From Eledone cirrhosa (lineage: Eukaryota): a stretch of DNA of 64,000 bases. How positions within the stretch are numbered: position 1 is the first letter of the stretch; each line of letters opens with the position of its first letter. The stretch is taken from the NCBI GenBank assembly GCA_964016885.1, contig OZ024740.1, forward strand, positions 389,670,001-389,734,000. The letters are read 5' to 3'. The notes under the pieces were generated by a model. The model was not told the DNA's origin. It worked only from the letters and a program-made list of their open reading frames with translations, and did not search any database. Below are positions 13,501 through 28,550 of the stretch, in pieces. The translations under genes were made by a program, and so were the position numbers.

Positions 13501-14729
13501 TCGGAGTTAGAACCTCTGTTTATTCATGTTCTGTCGCAGTTAGAACCTCTATTTATTCATGTTCTGTGGTAGTTATAACCTCTATTTATTCATGTTCTGT
13601 CGGAGTCAGAACCTCTATTTATTCATGTTCTGTCGCAGTTATAACCACTTGTCGGAGTCAGTACCTCTATTTATTCATGTTCTTTCGGAGTTAGAACCTC
13701 TGTTTATTCATGTTCTTTCGGAGTTAGAACCTCTGTTTATTCATGTTCTTTCGGAGTTAGAACCTCTGTTTATTCATGTTCTGCCGCAGTTAGAACCTCT
13801 TGTCGGAGTTAGAACCTCCGTTTATTCATGTTTCTCGGAGTTAGAACCTCTGTTTATTCATGTTCTTTCGGAGTTAGAACCTCTATTTATTCATGTTCTG
13901 TCGCAGTTAGAACCTCTTGTCGGAGTTAGAACCTCTATACATTCATGTTCTTTCGGAGTTAGAACCTCTATTTATTCATGTTCTGTCGGAGTTAGAACCT
14001 CTGTTTATTCATGTTCTGTCGGAGTTAGAACCTCTGTTTATTCATGTTCTGTCGGAGTTAGAACCTCTGTTTATTCATGTTCTTTCGGAGTTAGAACCTC
14101 TATTTATTCATGTTCTGTCGGAGTCAGAAGCTCTATTTATTCATGTTCTGTCGGAGTTAGAACCTCTTGTCGGAGTTAGAACCTCTATTTATTCATGTTC
14201 TGTCAGAGTTAAAACCTCTATTTATTCATGTTCTGTCGGAGTTAGAACCTCTATTTATTCATGTTCTTTCGGAGTTAGAACCTCTATTTATTCATGTTCT
14301 GTCGGAGTTAGAACCTCTGTTTATTCATGTTCTGTCGAAGTTAGAACCTCTGTTTATTCATGTTCTGTCGGAGTCAGAACCTTATTTTTTCATGTTCTGT
14401 CGCAGTTAGAATCTCTTGTCGGAGTTAGAACCTCTATTTATTCATGTTCTGTCGGAGTTAGAACCTCTGTTTATTCATGTTCTGTCGGAGTCAGAACCTC
14501 TATTTATTCATGTTCTGTCGGAGTTAGAAACTCTGTTTATTCATGTTCTGTCGGAGTCAGAACCTCTATTTATTCATGTTCTGTCGGAATTAGAACCGCT
14601 GTTTATTTATGTTCTGTTGGAGTCACAAGCTCTATTTATTCATGTTCTGTCGGAGTTAGAACCTCTGTTTATTCATGTTCTGTCGGAGTCAGAACCTCTA
14701 TTTATTCATGTTCTGTCGGAGTTAGAACC
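10570..14729. repeat. 1399-bp higher-order repeat x~3 (37x33 + 6x19 + 2x32 = 45 monomers)
   Basis: Near-identical variant series at exact 1399-bp spacing: 10568/11967/13366, 11119/12518/13917, 11618/13017/14416. Confidence 0.93.
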
Positions 14730-17700
14730 GCTGTTTATTCATGTTCTGTCGGAATCAGAACCTCTATTTATTCATGTTCTGTCGGAGTTAGAACCTCTAT
14801 TTATTCATGTTCTGTCGGAGTTAGAACCTCTGTTTATTCATGTTCTGTCGGAGTCAGAAGCTCTATTTATTCATGTTCTGTCGCAGTTAGAACCTCTTGT
14901 CGGAGTCAGTACCTCTATTTATTCATGTTCTGTCCGAGTTAGAACCTCTATTTATTCATGTTCTGTCGGAGTTAGAACCTCTGTTTATTCATGTTCTGTC
15001 GGAGTCAGAAGCTCTATTTATTCATGTTCTGTCGCAGTTAGAACCTCTTGTCGGAGTCAGTACCTCTATTTATTCATGTTCTGTCGGAGTCAGAACCTCT
15101 ATTTATTCATGTTCTGTCAGAGTTAGAACCTCTATTTATTCATGTTCTGTCGGAGTTAGAACCTCTATTTATTCATGTTCTGTCGGAGTTAGAACCTCTG
15201 TTTATTCATGTTCTGTCGGAGTTAGAACCTCTATTTATTCATGTTCTGTGGGAGTTAGAACCTCTATTTATTCATGTTCTGTCGGAGTTAGAACCTCTGT
15301 TTATTCATGTTCTGTCGGAGTCAGAACCTCTATTTATTCATGTTCTTTCGGAGTTAGAACCTCTGTTTATTAATGTTCTTTCGGAGTTAGAACCTCTGTT
15401 TATTCATGTTCTTTCGGAGTTAGAACCTCTATTTATTCATGTTCTGCCGCAGTTAGAACCACTTGTCGGAGTTAGAACCTCTATTTATTAATGTTCTGTC
15501 GGAGTTAGAACCTCTGTTTATTCATGTTCTTTCGGAGTCAGAACCTCTGTATATTCATGTTTCTCGGAGTTAGAACCTCTGTTTATTCATGTTCTTTCGG
15601 AGTTAGAACCTCTATTTATTCATGTTCTGTCAGAGTTAGAACTTCTATTTATTCTTGTTCTGTCGGAGTTAGAACCTCTATTTATTCATGTTCTGTCTGA
15701 CTTAGAACCTCTGTTTATTCATGTTCTTTCGGAGTTAGAACCTCTCTTTGTTTATGTTCTGTCGCAGTTAGAACCACTATTTATTCATGTTCTGTCGGAG
15801 TTAGAACCTCTATTTATTCATGTTCTGTCGGAGTTAGAACATCTATTTATTCATGTTCTGTCGCAGTTAGAACCTCTGTTTATTCATGTTCTGTCGGAGT
15901 TAGAACCTCTTGTCGGAGTCAGAACCTCTATTTATTCATGTTCTTTCGGAGTTAGAACCTCTATTTATTCATGTTCTGTGGGAGTTATAACCTCTATTTT
16001 TTCATGTTCTGTCGGAGTTAGAACCTCTGTTTATTCATGTTCTGTCGGAGTCAGAACCTCTTGTCGGAGTTAGAACCTCTATTTATTCATGTTCTGTCAG
16101 AGTTAAAACCTCTATTTATTCATGTTCTGTCGGAGTTAGAACCTCTATTTATTCATGTTCTTTCGGAGTTAGAACCTCTATTTATTCATGTTCTGTCGGA
16201 GTTAGAACCTCTGTTTATTCATGTTCTGTCGCAGTTAGAACCTCTATTTATTCATGTTCTGTGGTAGTTATAACCTCTATTTATTCATGTTCTGTCGGAG
16301 TCAGAACCTCTATTTATTCATGTTCTGTCGCAGTTATAACCACTTGTCGGAGTCAGTACCTCTATTTATTCATGTTCTTTCGGAGTTAGAACCTCTGTTT
16401 ATTCATGTTCTTTCGGAGTTAGAACCTCTGTTTATTCATGTTCTTTCGGAGTTAGAACCTCTGTTTATTCATGTTCTGCCGCAGTTAGAACCTCTTGTCG
16501 GAGTTAGAACCTCCGTTTATTCATGTTTCTCGGAGTTAGAACCTCTGTTTATTCATGTTCTTTCGGAGTTAGAACCTCTGTTTATTCATGTTCTGCCGCA
16601 GTTAGAACCTCTTGTCGGAGTTAGAACCTCCGTTTATTCATGTTTCTCGGAGTTAGAACCTCTGTTTATTCATGTTCTGTCGCAGTTAGAACCTCTTGTC
16701 GGAGTTAGAACCTCTATACATTCATGTTCTTTCGGAGTTAGAACCTCTATTTATTCATGTTCTGTCGGAGTTAGAACCTCTGTTTATTCATGTTCTGTCG
16801 GAGTTAGAACCTCTGTTTATTCATGTTCTGTCGGAGTTAGAACCTCTGTTTATTCATGTTCTGTCGGAGTTAGAACCTCTGTTTATTCATGTTCTGTCGG
16901 AGTCAGAACCTCTATTTATTCATGTTCTGTCGGAGTTAGAACCTCTATTTATTCATGTTCTGTCGGAGTTAGAACCTCTATTTATTCATGTTCTGTCGGA
17001 GTTAGAACCTCTGTTTATTCATGTTCTGTCGGAGTTAGAACCTCTATTTATTCATGTTCTGTCGGAGTTAGAACCGCTGTTTATTCATGTTCTGTCGGAA
17101 TCAGAAGCCCTATTTATTCATGTTCTGTCGGAGTTAGAACCTCTATTTATTCATGTTCTGTCGGAGTTAGAACCTCTGTTTATTCATGTTCTGTCGGAGT
17201 CAGAACCTCTATTTATTCATGTTCTGTCGGAGTTAGAACCGCTGTTTATTCATGTTCTGTCGGAATCAGAAGCCCTATTTATTCATGTTCTGTCGGAGTT
17301 AGAACCTCTATTTATTCATGTTCTGTCGGAGTTAGAACCTCTGTTTATTCATGTTCTGTCGCAGTTAGAACCTCTATTTATTCATGTTCTGTGGGAGTTA
17401 GAACCTCTGTTTATTCATGTTCTGTCGGAGTTAGAACCTCTGTTTATTCATGTTCTGTCGGAGTCAGAACCTCTATTTATTCATGTTCTGTCGCAGTTAG
17501 AACCTCTTGTCGGAGTCAGAACCTCTATTTATTCATGTTCTGTCGGAGTTAGAACCTCTATTTATTCATGTTCTGTCGGAGTTAGAACCTCTATTTATTC
17601 ATGTTCTGTCGGAGTCAGAACCTCTATTTATTCATGTTCTGTCGGAGTTAGAAACTCTGTTTATTCATGTTCTGTCGGAGTCAGAACCTCTGTTTATTCA

Positions 17701-20700
17701 TGTTCTGTCGCAGTTAGAACCTCTATTTATTCATGTTCTGTGGGAGTTAGAACCTCGATTTATTCATGTTCTGTCGGAGTTAGAACCTCTGTTTATTCAT
17801 GTTCTGTCGGAGTCAGAAGCTCTATTTATTCATGTTCTGTCGGAGTTAGAACCTCTGTTTATTCATGTTCTGTCGGAGTCAGAAGCTCTATTTATTCATG
17901 TTCTGTCGGAGTTAGAACCTCTGTTTATTCATGTTCTGTCGGAGTCAGAACCTCTATTTATTCATGTTCTGTCGGAGTTAGAACCGCTGTTTATTCATGT
18001 TCTGTCGGAATCAGAAGCCCTATTTATTCATGTTCTGTCGGAGTTAGAACCTCTATTTATTCATGTTCTGTCGGAGTTAGAACCTCTTTTTATTCATGTT
18101 CTGTCGGAGTCAGAACCTCTATTTATTCATGTTCTGTCGGAGTTAGAACCGCTGTTTATTCATGTTCTGTCGGAATCAGAAGCCCTATTTATTCATGTTC
18201 TGTCGGAGTTAGAACCTCTATTTATTCATGTTCTGTCGGAGTTAGAACCTCTGTTTATTCATGTTCTGTCGCAGTTAGAACCTCTATTTATTCATGTTCT
18301 GTGGGAGTTAGAACCTCTGTTTATTCATGTTCTGTCGGAGTTAGAACCTCTGTTTATTCATGTTCTGTCGGAGTCAGAACCTCTATTTATTCATGTTCTG
18401 TCGCAGTTAGAACCTCTTGTCGGAGTCAGAACCTCTATTTATTCATGTTCTGTCGGAGTTAGAACCTCTATTTATGCATGTTCTGTCAGAGTTAGAACCT
18501 CTATTTATTCATGTTCTGTCGGCGTTAGAACCTCTATTTATTCATGTTCTGTCGGAGTTAGAACCTCTATTTATTCATGTTCTGTCGGAGTTAGAACCTC
18601 TGTTTATTCATGTTCTGTCGGAGTCAGAACCTCTATTTATTCATGTTCTGTCGCAGTTAGAACCTCTTGTCGGAGTCAGAACCTCTATTTATTCATGTTC
18701 TGTCGGTGTTAGAACCTCTATTTATGCATCTTCTGTCGGAGTTAGAACCTCTATTTATTCATGTTCTGTCGGAGTTAGAACCTCTATTTATTCATGTTCT
18801 GTCGGAGTTAGAACCTCTATTTATTCATGTTCTGTCGGAGTTAGAACCTCTGTTTATTCATGTTCTGTCGCAGTTAGAACCTCTATTTATTCATGTTCTG
18901 TGGTAGTTATAACCTCTATTTATTCATGTTCTGTCGGAGTTATAACCACTTGTCGGAGTCAGTACCTCTATTTATTCATGTTCTTTCGGAGTTAGAACCT
19001 CTGTTTATTCATGTTCTTTCGGAGTTAGAACCTCTGTTTATTCATGTTCTTTCGGAGTTAGAACCTCTGTTTATTCATGTTCTGCCGCAGTTATAACCAC
19101 TTGTCGGAGTCAGTACCTCTATTTATTCATGTTCTTTCGGAGTTAGAACCTCTGTTTATTCATGTTCTTTCGGAGTTAGAACCTCTGTTTATTCATGTTC
19201 TTTCGGAGTTAGAACCTCTGTTTATTCATGTTCTGCCGCAGTTAGAACCTCTTGTCGGAGTTAGAACCTCCGTTTATTCATGTTTCTCGGAGTTAGAACC
19301 TCTGTTTATTCATGTTCTTTCGGAGTTAGAACCTCTATTTATTCATGTTCTGTCGCAGTTAGAACCTCTTGTCGGAGTTAGAACCTCTATACATTCATGT
19401 TCTTTCGGAGTTAGAACCTCTATTTATTCATGTTCTGTCGGAGTTAGAACCTCTGTTTATTCATGTTCTGTCGGAGTTAGAACCTCTGTTTAATCATGTT
19501 CTGTCGGAGTTAGAACCTCTGTTTATTCATGTTCTTTCGGAGTTAGAACCTCTATTTATTCATGTTCTGTCGGAGTCAGAAGCTCTATTTATTCATGTTC
19601 TGTCGGAGTTAGAACCTCTTGTCGGAGTTAGAACCTCTATTTATTCATGTTCTGTCAGAGTTAAAACCTCTATTTATTCATGTTCTGTCGGAGTTAGAAC
19701 CTCTATTTATTCATGTTCTTTCGGAGTTAGAACCTCTATTTATTCATGTTCTGTCGGAGTTAGAACCTCTGTTTATTCATGTTCTGTCGAAGTTAGAACC
19801 TCTGTTTATTCATGTTCTGTCGGAGTCAGAACCTTATTTTTTCATGTTCTGTCGCAGTTAGAATCTCTTGTCGGAGTTAGAACCTCTATTTATTCATGTT
19901 CTGTCGGAGTTAGAACCTCTGTTTATTCATGTTCTGACGGAGTTAGAAACTCTGTTTATTCATGTTCTGTCGGAGTCAGAACCTCTATTTATTCATGTTC
20001 TGTCGGAATTAGAACCGCTGTTTATTTATGTTCTGTTGGAGTCAGAAGCTCTATTTATTCATGTTCTGTCGGAGTTAGAACCTCTGTTTATTCATGTTCT
20101 GTCGGAGTCAGAACCTCTATTTATTCATGTTCTGTCGGAGTTAGAACCGCTGTTTATTCATGTTCTGTCGGAATCAGAACCTCTATTTATTCATGTTCTG
20201 TCGGAGTTAGAACCTCTATTTATTCATGTTCTGTCGGAGTTAGAACCTCTGTTTATTCATGTTCTGTCGGAGTCAGAAGCTCTATTTATTCATGTTCTGT
20301 CGCAGTTAGAACCTCTTGTCGGAGTCAGTACCTCTATTTATTCATGTTCTGTCCGAGTTAGAACCTCTATTTATTCATGTTCTGTCGGAGTTAGAACCTC
20401 TGTTTATTCATGTTCTGTCGGAGTCAGAAGCTCTATTTATTCATGTTCTGTCGCAGTTAGAACCTCTTGTCGGAGTCAGTACCTCTATTTATTCATGTTC
20501 TGTCGGAGTCAGAACCTCTATTTATTCATGTTCTGTCAGAGTTAGAACCTCTATTTATTCATGTTCTGTCGGAGTTAGAACCTCTATTTATTCATGTTCT
20601 GTCGGAGTTAGAACCTCTGTTTATTCATGTTCTGTCGGAGTTAGAACCTCTATTTATTCATGTTCTGTGGGAGTTAGAACCTCTATTTATTCATGTTCTG

Positions 20701-23700
20701 TCGGAGTTAGAACCTCTGTTTATTCATGTTCTGTCGGAGTCAGAACCTCTATTTATTCATGTTCTGTCGGAGTTAGAACCTCTATTTATTCATGTTCTTT
20801 CGGAGTTAGAACCTCTGTTTATTAATGTTCTTTCGGAGTTAGAACCTCTGTTTATTCATGTTCTTTCGGAGTTAGAACCTCTATTTATTCATGTTCTGCC
20901 GCAGTTAGAACCACTTGTCGGAGTTAGAACCTCTATTTATTAATGTTCTGTCGGAGTTAGAACCTCTGTTTATTCATGTTCTTTCGGAGTTAGAACCTCT
21001 GTATATTCATGTTTCTCGGAGTTAGAACCTCTGTTTATTCATGTTCTTTCGGAGTTAGAACCTCTATTTATTCATGTTCTGTCAGAGTTAGAACTTCTAT
21101 TTATTCTTGTTCTGTCGGAGTTAGAACCTCTATTTATTCATGTTCTGTCTGACTTAGAACCTCTGTTTATTCATGTTCTTTCGGAGTTAGAACCTCTCTT
21201 TGTTTATGTTCTGTCGCAGTTAGAACCACTATTTATTCATGTTCTGTCGGAGTTAGAACCTCTATTTATTCATGTTCTGTCGGAGTTAGAACATCTATTT
21301 ATTCATGTTCTGTCGCAGTTAGAACCTCTGTTTATTCATGTTCTGTCGGAGTTAGAACCTCTTGTCGGAGTCAGAACCTCTATTTATTCATGTTCTTTCG
21401 GAGTTAGAACCTCTATTTATTCATGTTCTGTGGGAGTTATAACCTCTATTTTTTCATGTTCTGTCGGAGTTAGAACCTCTGTTTATTCATGTTCTGTCGG
21501 AGTCAGAACCTCTTGTCGGAGTTAGAACCTCTATTTATTCATGTTCTGTCAGAGTTAAAACCTCTATTTATTCATGTTCTGTCGGAGTTAGAACCTCTAT
21601 TTATTCATGTTCTGTCGGAGTTAGAACCTCTGTTTATTCATGTTCTGTCGCAGTTAGAACCTCTATTTATTCATGTTCTGTGGTAGTTATAACCTCTATT
21701 TATTCATGTTCTGTCGGAGTCAGAACCTCTATTTATTCATGTTCTGTCGCAGTTATAACCACTTGTCGGAGTCAGTACCTCTATTTATTCATGTTCTTTC
21801 GGAGTTAGAACCTCTGTTTATTCATGTTCTTTCGGAGTTAGAACCTCTGTTTATTCATGTTCTTTCGGAGTTAGAACCTCTATTTATTCATGTTCTTTCG
21901 GAGTTAGAACCTCTGTTTATTCATGTTCTTTCGGAGTTAGAACCTCTATTTATTCATGTTCTTTCGGAGTTAGAACCTCTGTTTATTCATGTTCTGCCGC
22001 AGTTAGAACCTCTTGTCGGAGTTAGAACCTCCGTTTATTCATGTTTCTCGGAGTTAGAACCTCTGTTTATTCATGTTCTTTCGGAGTTAGAACCTCTGTT
22101 TATTCATGTTCTGCCGCAGTTAGAACCTCTTGTCGGAGTTAGAACCTCCGTTTATTCATGTTTCTCGGAGTTAGAACCTCTGTTTATTCATGTTCTGTCG
22201 CAGTTAGAACCTCTTGTCGGAGTTAGAACCTCTATACATTCATGTTCTTTCGGAGTTAGAACCTCTATTTATTCATGTTCTGTCGGAGTTAGAACCTCTG
22301 TTTATTCATGTTCTGTCGGAGTTAGAACCTCTGTTTATTCATGTTCTGTCGGAGTTAGAACCTCTGTTTATTCATGTTCTGTCGGAGTTAGAACCTCTGT
22401 TTATTCATGTTCTGTCGGAGTCAGAACCTCTATTTATTCATGTTCTGTCGGAGTTAGAAACTCTGTTTATTCATGTTCTGTCGGAGTCAGAACCTCTATT
22501 TATTCATGTTCTGTCGGAGTTAGAACCGCTGTTTATTCATGTTCTGTCGGAATCAGAACCTCTATTTATTCATGTTCTGTCGGAGTTAGAACCTCTATTT
22601 ATTCATGTTCTGTCGGAGTCAGAACCTCTATTTATTCATGTTCTGTCGGAGTTAGAAACTCTGTTTATTCATGTTCTGTCGGAGTCAGAACCTCTGTTTA
22701 TTCATGTTCTGTCGCAGTTAGAACCTCTATTTATTCATGTTCTGTGGGAGTTAGAACCTCGATTTATTCATGTTCTGTCGGAGTTAGAACCTCTGTTTAT
22801 TCATGTTCTGTCGGAGTCAGAAGCTCTATTTATTCATGTTCTGTCGGAGTTAGAACCTCTGTTTATTCATGTTCTGTCGGAGTCAGAAGCTCTATTTATT
22901 CATGTTCTGTCGGAGTTAGAACCTCTGTTTATTCATGTTCTGTCGGAGTCAGAACCTCTATTTATTCATGTTCTGTCGGAGTTAGAACCGCTGTTTATTC
23001 ATGTTCTGTCGGAATCAGAAGCCCTATTTATTCATGTTCTGTCGGAGTTAGAACCTCTATTTATTCATGTTCTGTGGGAGTTAGAACCTCGATTTATTCA
23101 TGTTCTGTCGGAGTTAGAACCTCTGTTTATTCATGTTCTGTCGGAGTCAGAAGCTCTATTTATTCATGTTCTGTCGGAGTTAGAACCTCTGTTTATTCAT
23201 GTTCTGTCGGAGTCAGAAGCTCTATTTATTCATGTTCTGTCGGAGTTAGAACCTCTGTTTATTCATGTTCTGTCGGAGTTAGAACCTCTGTTTATTCATG
23301 TTCTGTCGGAGTCAGAACCTCTATTTATTCATGTTCTGTCGGAGTTAGAACCGCTGTTTATTCATGTTCTGTCGGAATCAGAAGCCCTATTTATTCATGT
23401 TCTGTCGGAGTTAGAACCTCTATTTATTCATGTTCTGTCGGAGTTAGAACCTCTGTTTATTCATGTTCTGTCGCAGTTAGAACCTCTATTTATTCATGTT
23501 CTGTGGGAGTTAGAACCTCTGTTTATTCATGTTCTGTCGGAGTTAGAACCACTGTTTATTCATGTTCTGTCGGAGTCAGAACCTCTATTTATTCATGTTC
23601 TGTCGCAGTTAGAACCTCTTGTCGGAGTCAGAACCTCTATTTATTCATGTTCTGTCGGAGTTAGAACCTCTATTTATTCATGTTCTGTCGGAGTTAGAAC

Positions 23701-25350
23701 CTCTATTTATTCATGTTCTGTCGGAGTCAGAACCTCTATTTATTCATGTTCTGTCGGAGTTAGAAACTCTGTTTATTCATGTTCTGTCGGAGTCAGAACC
23801 TCTGTTTATTCATGTTCTGTCGCAGTTAGAACCTCTATTTATTCATGTTCTGTGGGAGTTAGAACCTCGATTTATTCATGTTCTGTCGGAGTTAGAACCT
23901 CTGTTTATTCATGTTCTGTCGGAGTCAGAAGCTCTATTTATTCATGTTCTGTCGGAGTTAGAACCTCTGTTTATTCATGTTCTGTCGGAGTCAGAAGCTC
24001 TATTTATTCATGTTCTGTCGGAGTTAGAACCTCTGTTTATTCCTGTTCTGTCGGAGTCAGAACCTCTATTTATTCATGTTCTGTCGGAGTTAGAACCGCT
24101 GTTTATTCATGTTCTGTCGGAATCAGAAGCCCTATTTATTCATGTTCTGTCGGAGTTAGAACCTCTATTTATTCATGTTCTGTCGGAGTTAGAACCTCTG
24201 TTTATTCATGTTCTGTCGGAGTCAGAACCTCTATTTATTCATGTTCTGTCGGAGTTAGAACCGCTGTTTATTCATGTTCTGTCGGAATCAGAAGCCCTAT
24301 TTATTCATGTTCTGTCGGAGTTAGAACCTCTATTTATTCATGTTCTGTCGGAGTTAGAACCTCTGTTTATTCATGTTCTGTCGCAGTTAGAACCTCTATT
24401 TATTCATGTTCTGTGGGAGTTAGAACCTCTGTTTATTCATGTTCTGTCGGAGTTAGAACCTCTGTTTATTCATGTTCTGTCGGAGTCAGAACCTCTATTT
24501 ATTCATGTTCTGTCGCAGTTAGAACCTCTTGTCGGAGTCAGAACCTCTATTTATTCATGTTCTGTCGGAGTTAGAACCTCTATTTATGCATGTTCTGTCA
24601 GAGTTAGAACCTCTATTTATTCATGTTCTGTCGGCGTTAGAACCTCTATTTATTCATGTTCTGTCGGAGTTAGAACCTCTATTTATTCATGTTCTGTCGG
24701 AGTTAGAACCTCTGTTTATTCATGTTCTGTCGGAGTCAGAACCTCTATTTATTCATGTTCTGTCGCAGTTAGAACCTCTTGTCGGAGTCAGAACCTCTAT
24801 TTATTCATGTTCTGTCGGTGTTAGAACGTCTATTTATGCATGTTCTGTCGGAGTTAGAACCTCTATTTATTCATGTTCTGTCGGAGTTAGAACCTCTATT
24901 TATTCATGTTCTGTCGGAGTTAGAACCTCTATTTATTCATGTTCTGTCGGAGTTAGAACCTCTGTTTATTCATGTTCTGTCGCAGTTAGAACCTCTATTT
25001 ATTCATGTTCTGTGGTAGTTATAACCTCTATTTATTCATGTTCTGTCGGAGTTATAACCACTTGTCGGAGTCAGTACCTCTATTTATTCATGTTCTTTCG
25101 GAGTTAGAACCTCTGTTTATTCATGTTCTTTCGGAGTTAGAACCTCTGTTTATTCATGTTCTTTCGGAGTTAGAACCTCTGTTTATTCATGTTCTGCCGC
25201 AGTTAGAACCTCTTGTCGGAGTTAGAACCTCCGTTTATTCATGTTTCTCGGAGTTAGAATCTCTGTTTATTCATGTTCTTTCGGAGTTAGAACCTCTATT
25301 TATTCATGTTCTGTCGCAGTTAGAACCTCTTGTCGGAGTTAGAACCTCTA
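13650..25350. repeat. Imperfect ~5.4-6.1 kb tandem duplication (boundaries approximate)
   Basis: Offsets 13917/19369 and 16037/21489 (5452), 14897/20316 (5419), 16696/22214 (5518), 17507/23619 (6112). The offsets differ by whole 33-bp units. Confidence 0.8.
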
Positions 25351-28300
25351 TACATTCATGTTCTTTCGGAGTTAGAACCTCTATTTATTCATGTTCTGTC
25401 GGAGTTAGAACCTCTGTTTATTCATGTTCTGTCGGAGTTAGAACCTCTGTTTATTCATGTTCTTTCGGAGTTAGAACCTCTATTTATTCATGTTCTGTCG
25501 GAGTCAGAAGCTCTATTTATTCATGTTCTGTCGGAGTTAGAACCTCTTGTCGGAGTTAGAACCTCTATTTATTCATGTTCTGTCAGAGTTAAAACCTCTA
25601 TTTATTCATGTTCTGTCGGAGTTAGAACCTCTATTTATTCATGTTCTTTCGGAGTTAGAACCTCTATTTATTCATGTTCTGTCGGAGTCAGAACCTCTGT
25701 TTATTCATGTTCTGTCGCAGTTAGAACCTCTATTTATTCATGTTCTGTGGGAGTTAGAACCTCGATTTATTCATGTTCTGTCGGAGTTAGAACCTCTGTT
25801 TATTCATGTTCTGTCGGAGTCAGAAGCTCTATTTATTCATGTTCTGTCGGAGTTAGAACCTCTGTTTATTCATGTTCTGTCGGAGTCAGAAGCTCTATTT
25901 ATTCATGTTCTGTCGGAGTTAGAACCTCTGTTTATTCCTGTTCTGTCGGAGTCAGAACCTCTATTTATTCATGTTCTGTCGGAGTTAGAACCGCTGTTTA
26001 TTCATGTTCTGTCGGAATCAGAAGCCCTATTTATTCATGTTCTGTCGGAGTTAGAACCTCTATTTATTCATGTTCTGTCGGAGTTAGAACCTCTGTTTAT
26101 TCATGTTCTGTCGGAGTCAGAACCTCTATTTATTCATGTTCTGTCGGAGTTAGAACCGCTGTTTATTCATGTTCTGTCGGAATCAGAAGCCCTATTTATT
26201 CATGTTCTGTCGGAGTTAGAACCTCTATTTATTCATGTTCTGTCGCAGTTAGAACCTCTATTTATTCATGTTCTGTGGGAGTTAGAACCTCTGTTTATTC
26301 ATGTTCTGTCGGAGTTAGAACCTCTGTTTATTCATGTTCTGTCGGAGTCAGAACCTCTATTTATTCATGTTCTGTCGCAGTTAGAACCTCTTGTCGGAGT
26401 CAGAACCTCTATTTATTCATGTTCTGTCGGAGTTAGAACCTCTATTTATGCATGTTCTGTCAGAGTTAGAACCTCTATTTATTCATGTTCTGTCGGCGTT
26501 AGAACCTCTATTTATTCATGTTCTGTCGGAGTTAGAACCTCTATTTATTCATGTTCTGTCGGAGTTAGAACCTCTGTTTATTCATGTTCTGTCGGAGTCA
26601 GAACCTCTATTTATTCATGTTCTGTCGGAGTTAGAACCTCTGTTTATTCATGTTCTGTCGGAGTCAGAAGCTCTATTTATTCATGTTCTGTCGGAGTTAG
26701 AACCTCTGTTTATTCATGTTCTGTCGGAGTCAGAACCTCTATTTATTCATGTTCTGTCGGAGTTAGAACCGCTGTTTATTCATGTTCTGTCGGAATCAGA
26801 AGCCCTATTTATTCATGTTCTGTCGGAGTTAGAACCTCTATTTATTCATGTTCTGTCGGAGTTAGAACCTCTGTTTATTCATGTTCTGTCGGAGTCAGAA
26901 CCTCTATTTATTCATGTTCTGTCGGAGTTAGAACCGCTGTTTATTCATGTTCTGTCGGAATCAGAAGCCCTATTTATTCATGTTCTGTCGGAGTTAGAAC
27001 CTCTATTTATTCATGTTCTGTCGGAGTTAGAACCTCTGTTTATTCATGTTCTGTCGCAGTTAGAACCTCTATTTATTCATGTTCTGTGGGAGTTAGAACC
27101 TCTGTTTATTCATGTTCTGTCGGAGTTAGAACCACTGTTTATTCATGTTCTGTCGGAGTCAGAACCTCTATTTATTCATGTTCTGTCGCAGTTAGAACCT
27201 CTTGTCGGAGTCAGAACCTCTATTTATTCATGTTCTGTCGGAGTTAGAACCTCTATTTATTCATGTTCTGTCGGAGTTAGAACCTCTATTTATTCATGTT
27301 CTGTCGGAGTCAGAACCTCTATTTATTCATGTTCTGTCGGAGTTAGAAACTCTGTTTATTCATGTTCTGTCGGAGTCAGAACCTCTGTTTATTCATGTTC
27401 TGTCGCAGTTAGAACCTCTATTTATTCATGTTCTGTGGGAGTTAGAACCTCGATTTATTCATGTTCTGTCGGAGTTAGAACCTCTGTTTATTCATGTTCT
27501 GTCGGAGTCAGAAGCTCTATTTATTCATGTTCTGTCGGAGTTAGAACCTCTGTTTATTCATGTTCTGTCGGAGTCAGAAGCTCTATTTATTCATGTTCTG
27601 TCGGAGTTAGAACCTCTGTTTATTCCTGTTCTGTCGGAGTCAGAACCTCTATTTATTCATGTTCTGTCGGAGTTAGAACCGCTGTTTATTCATGTTCTGT
27701 CGGAATCAGAAGCCCTATTTATTCATGTTCTGTCGGAGTTAGAACCTCTATTTATTCATGTTCTGTCGGAGTTAGAACCTCTGTTTATTCATGTTCTGTC
27801 GGAGTCAGAACCTCTATTTATTCATGTTCTGTCGGAGTTAGAACCGCTGTTTATTCATGTTCTGTCGGAATCAGAAGCCCTATTTATTCATGTTCTGTCG
27901 GAGTTAGAACCTCTATTTATTCATGTTCTGTCGGAGTTAGAACCTCTGTTTATTCATGTTCTGTCGCAGTTAGAACCTCTATTTATTCATGTTCTGTGGG
28001 AGTTAGAACCTCTGTTTATTCATGTTCTGTCGGAGTTAGAACCTCTGTTTATTCATGTTCTGTCGGAGTCAGAACCTCTATTTATTCATGTTCTGTCGCA
28101 GTTAGAACCTCTTGTCGGAGTCAGAACCTCTATTTATTCATGTTCTGTCGGAGTTAGAACCTCTATTTATGCATGTTCTGTCAGAGTTAGAACCTCTATT
28201 TATTCATGTTCTGTCGGCGTTAGAACCTCTATTTATTCATGTTCTGTCGGAGTTAGAACCTCTATTTATTCATGTTCTGTCGGAGTTAGAACCTCTGTTT

Positions 28301-28550
28301 ATTCATGTTCTGTCGGAGTCAGAACCTCTATTTATTCATGTTCTGTCGCAGTTAGAACCTCTTGTCGGAGTCAGAACCTCTATTTATTCATGTTCTGTCG
28401 GTGTTAGAACCTCTATTTATGCATGTTCTGTCGGAGTTAGAACCTCTATTTATTCATGTTCTGTCGGAGTTAGAACCTCTATTTATTCATGTTCTGTCGG
28501 AGTTAGAACCTCTATTTATTCATGTTCTGTCGGAGTTAGAACCTCTGTTT
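23270..28550. repeat. Block re-copied at 3583-bp offset
   Basis: Private variants ACCACTGTT (~23550/27133) and TTCCTGTT (~24043/27626) are shared; ORFs 23619/27202 and 24529/28112 match. Confidence 0.85.
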
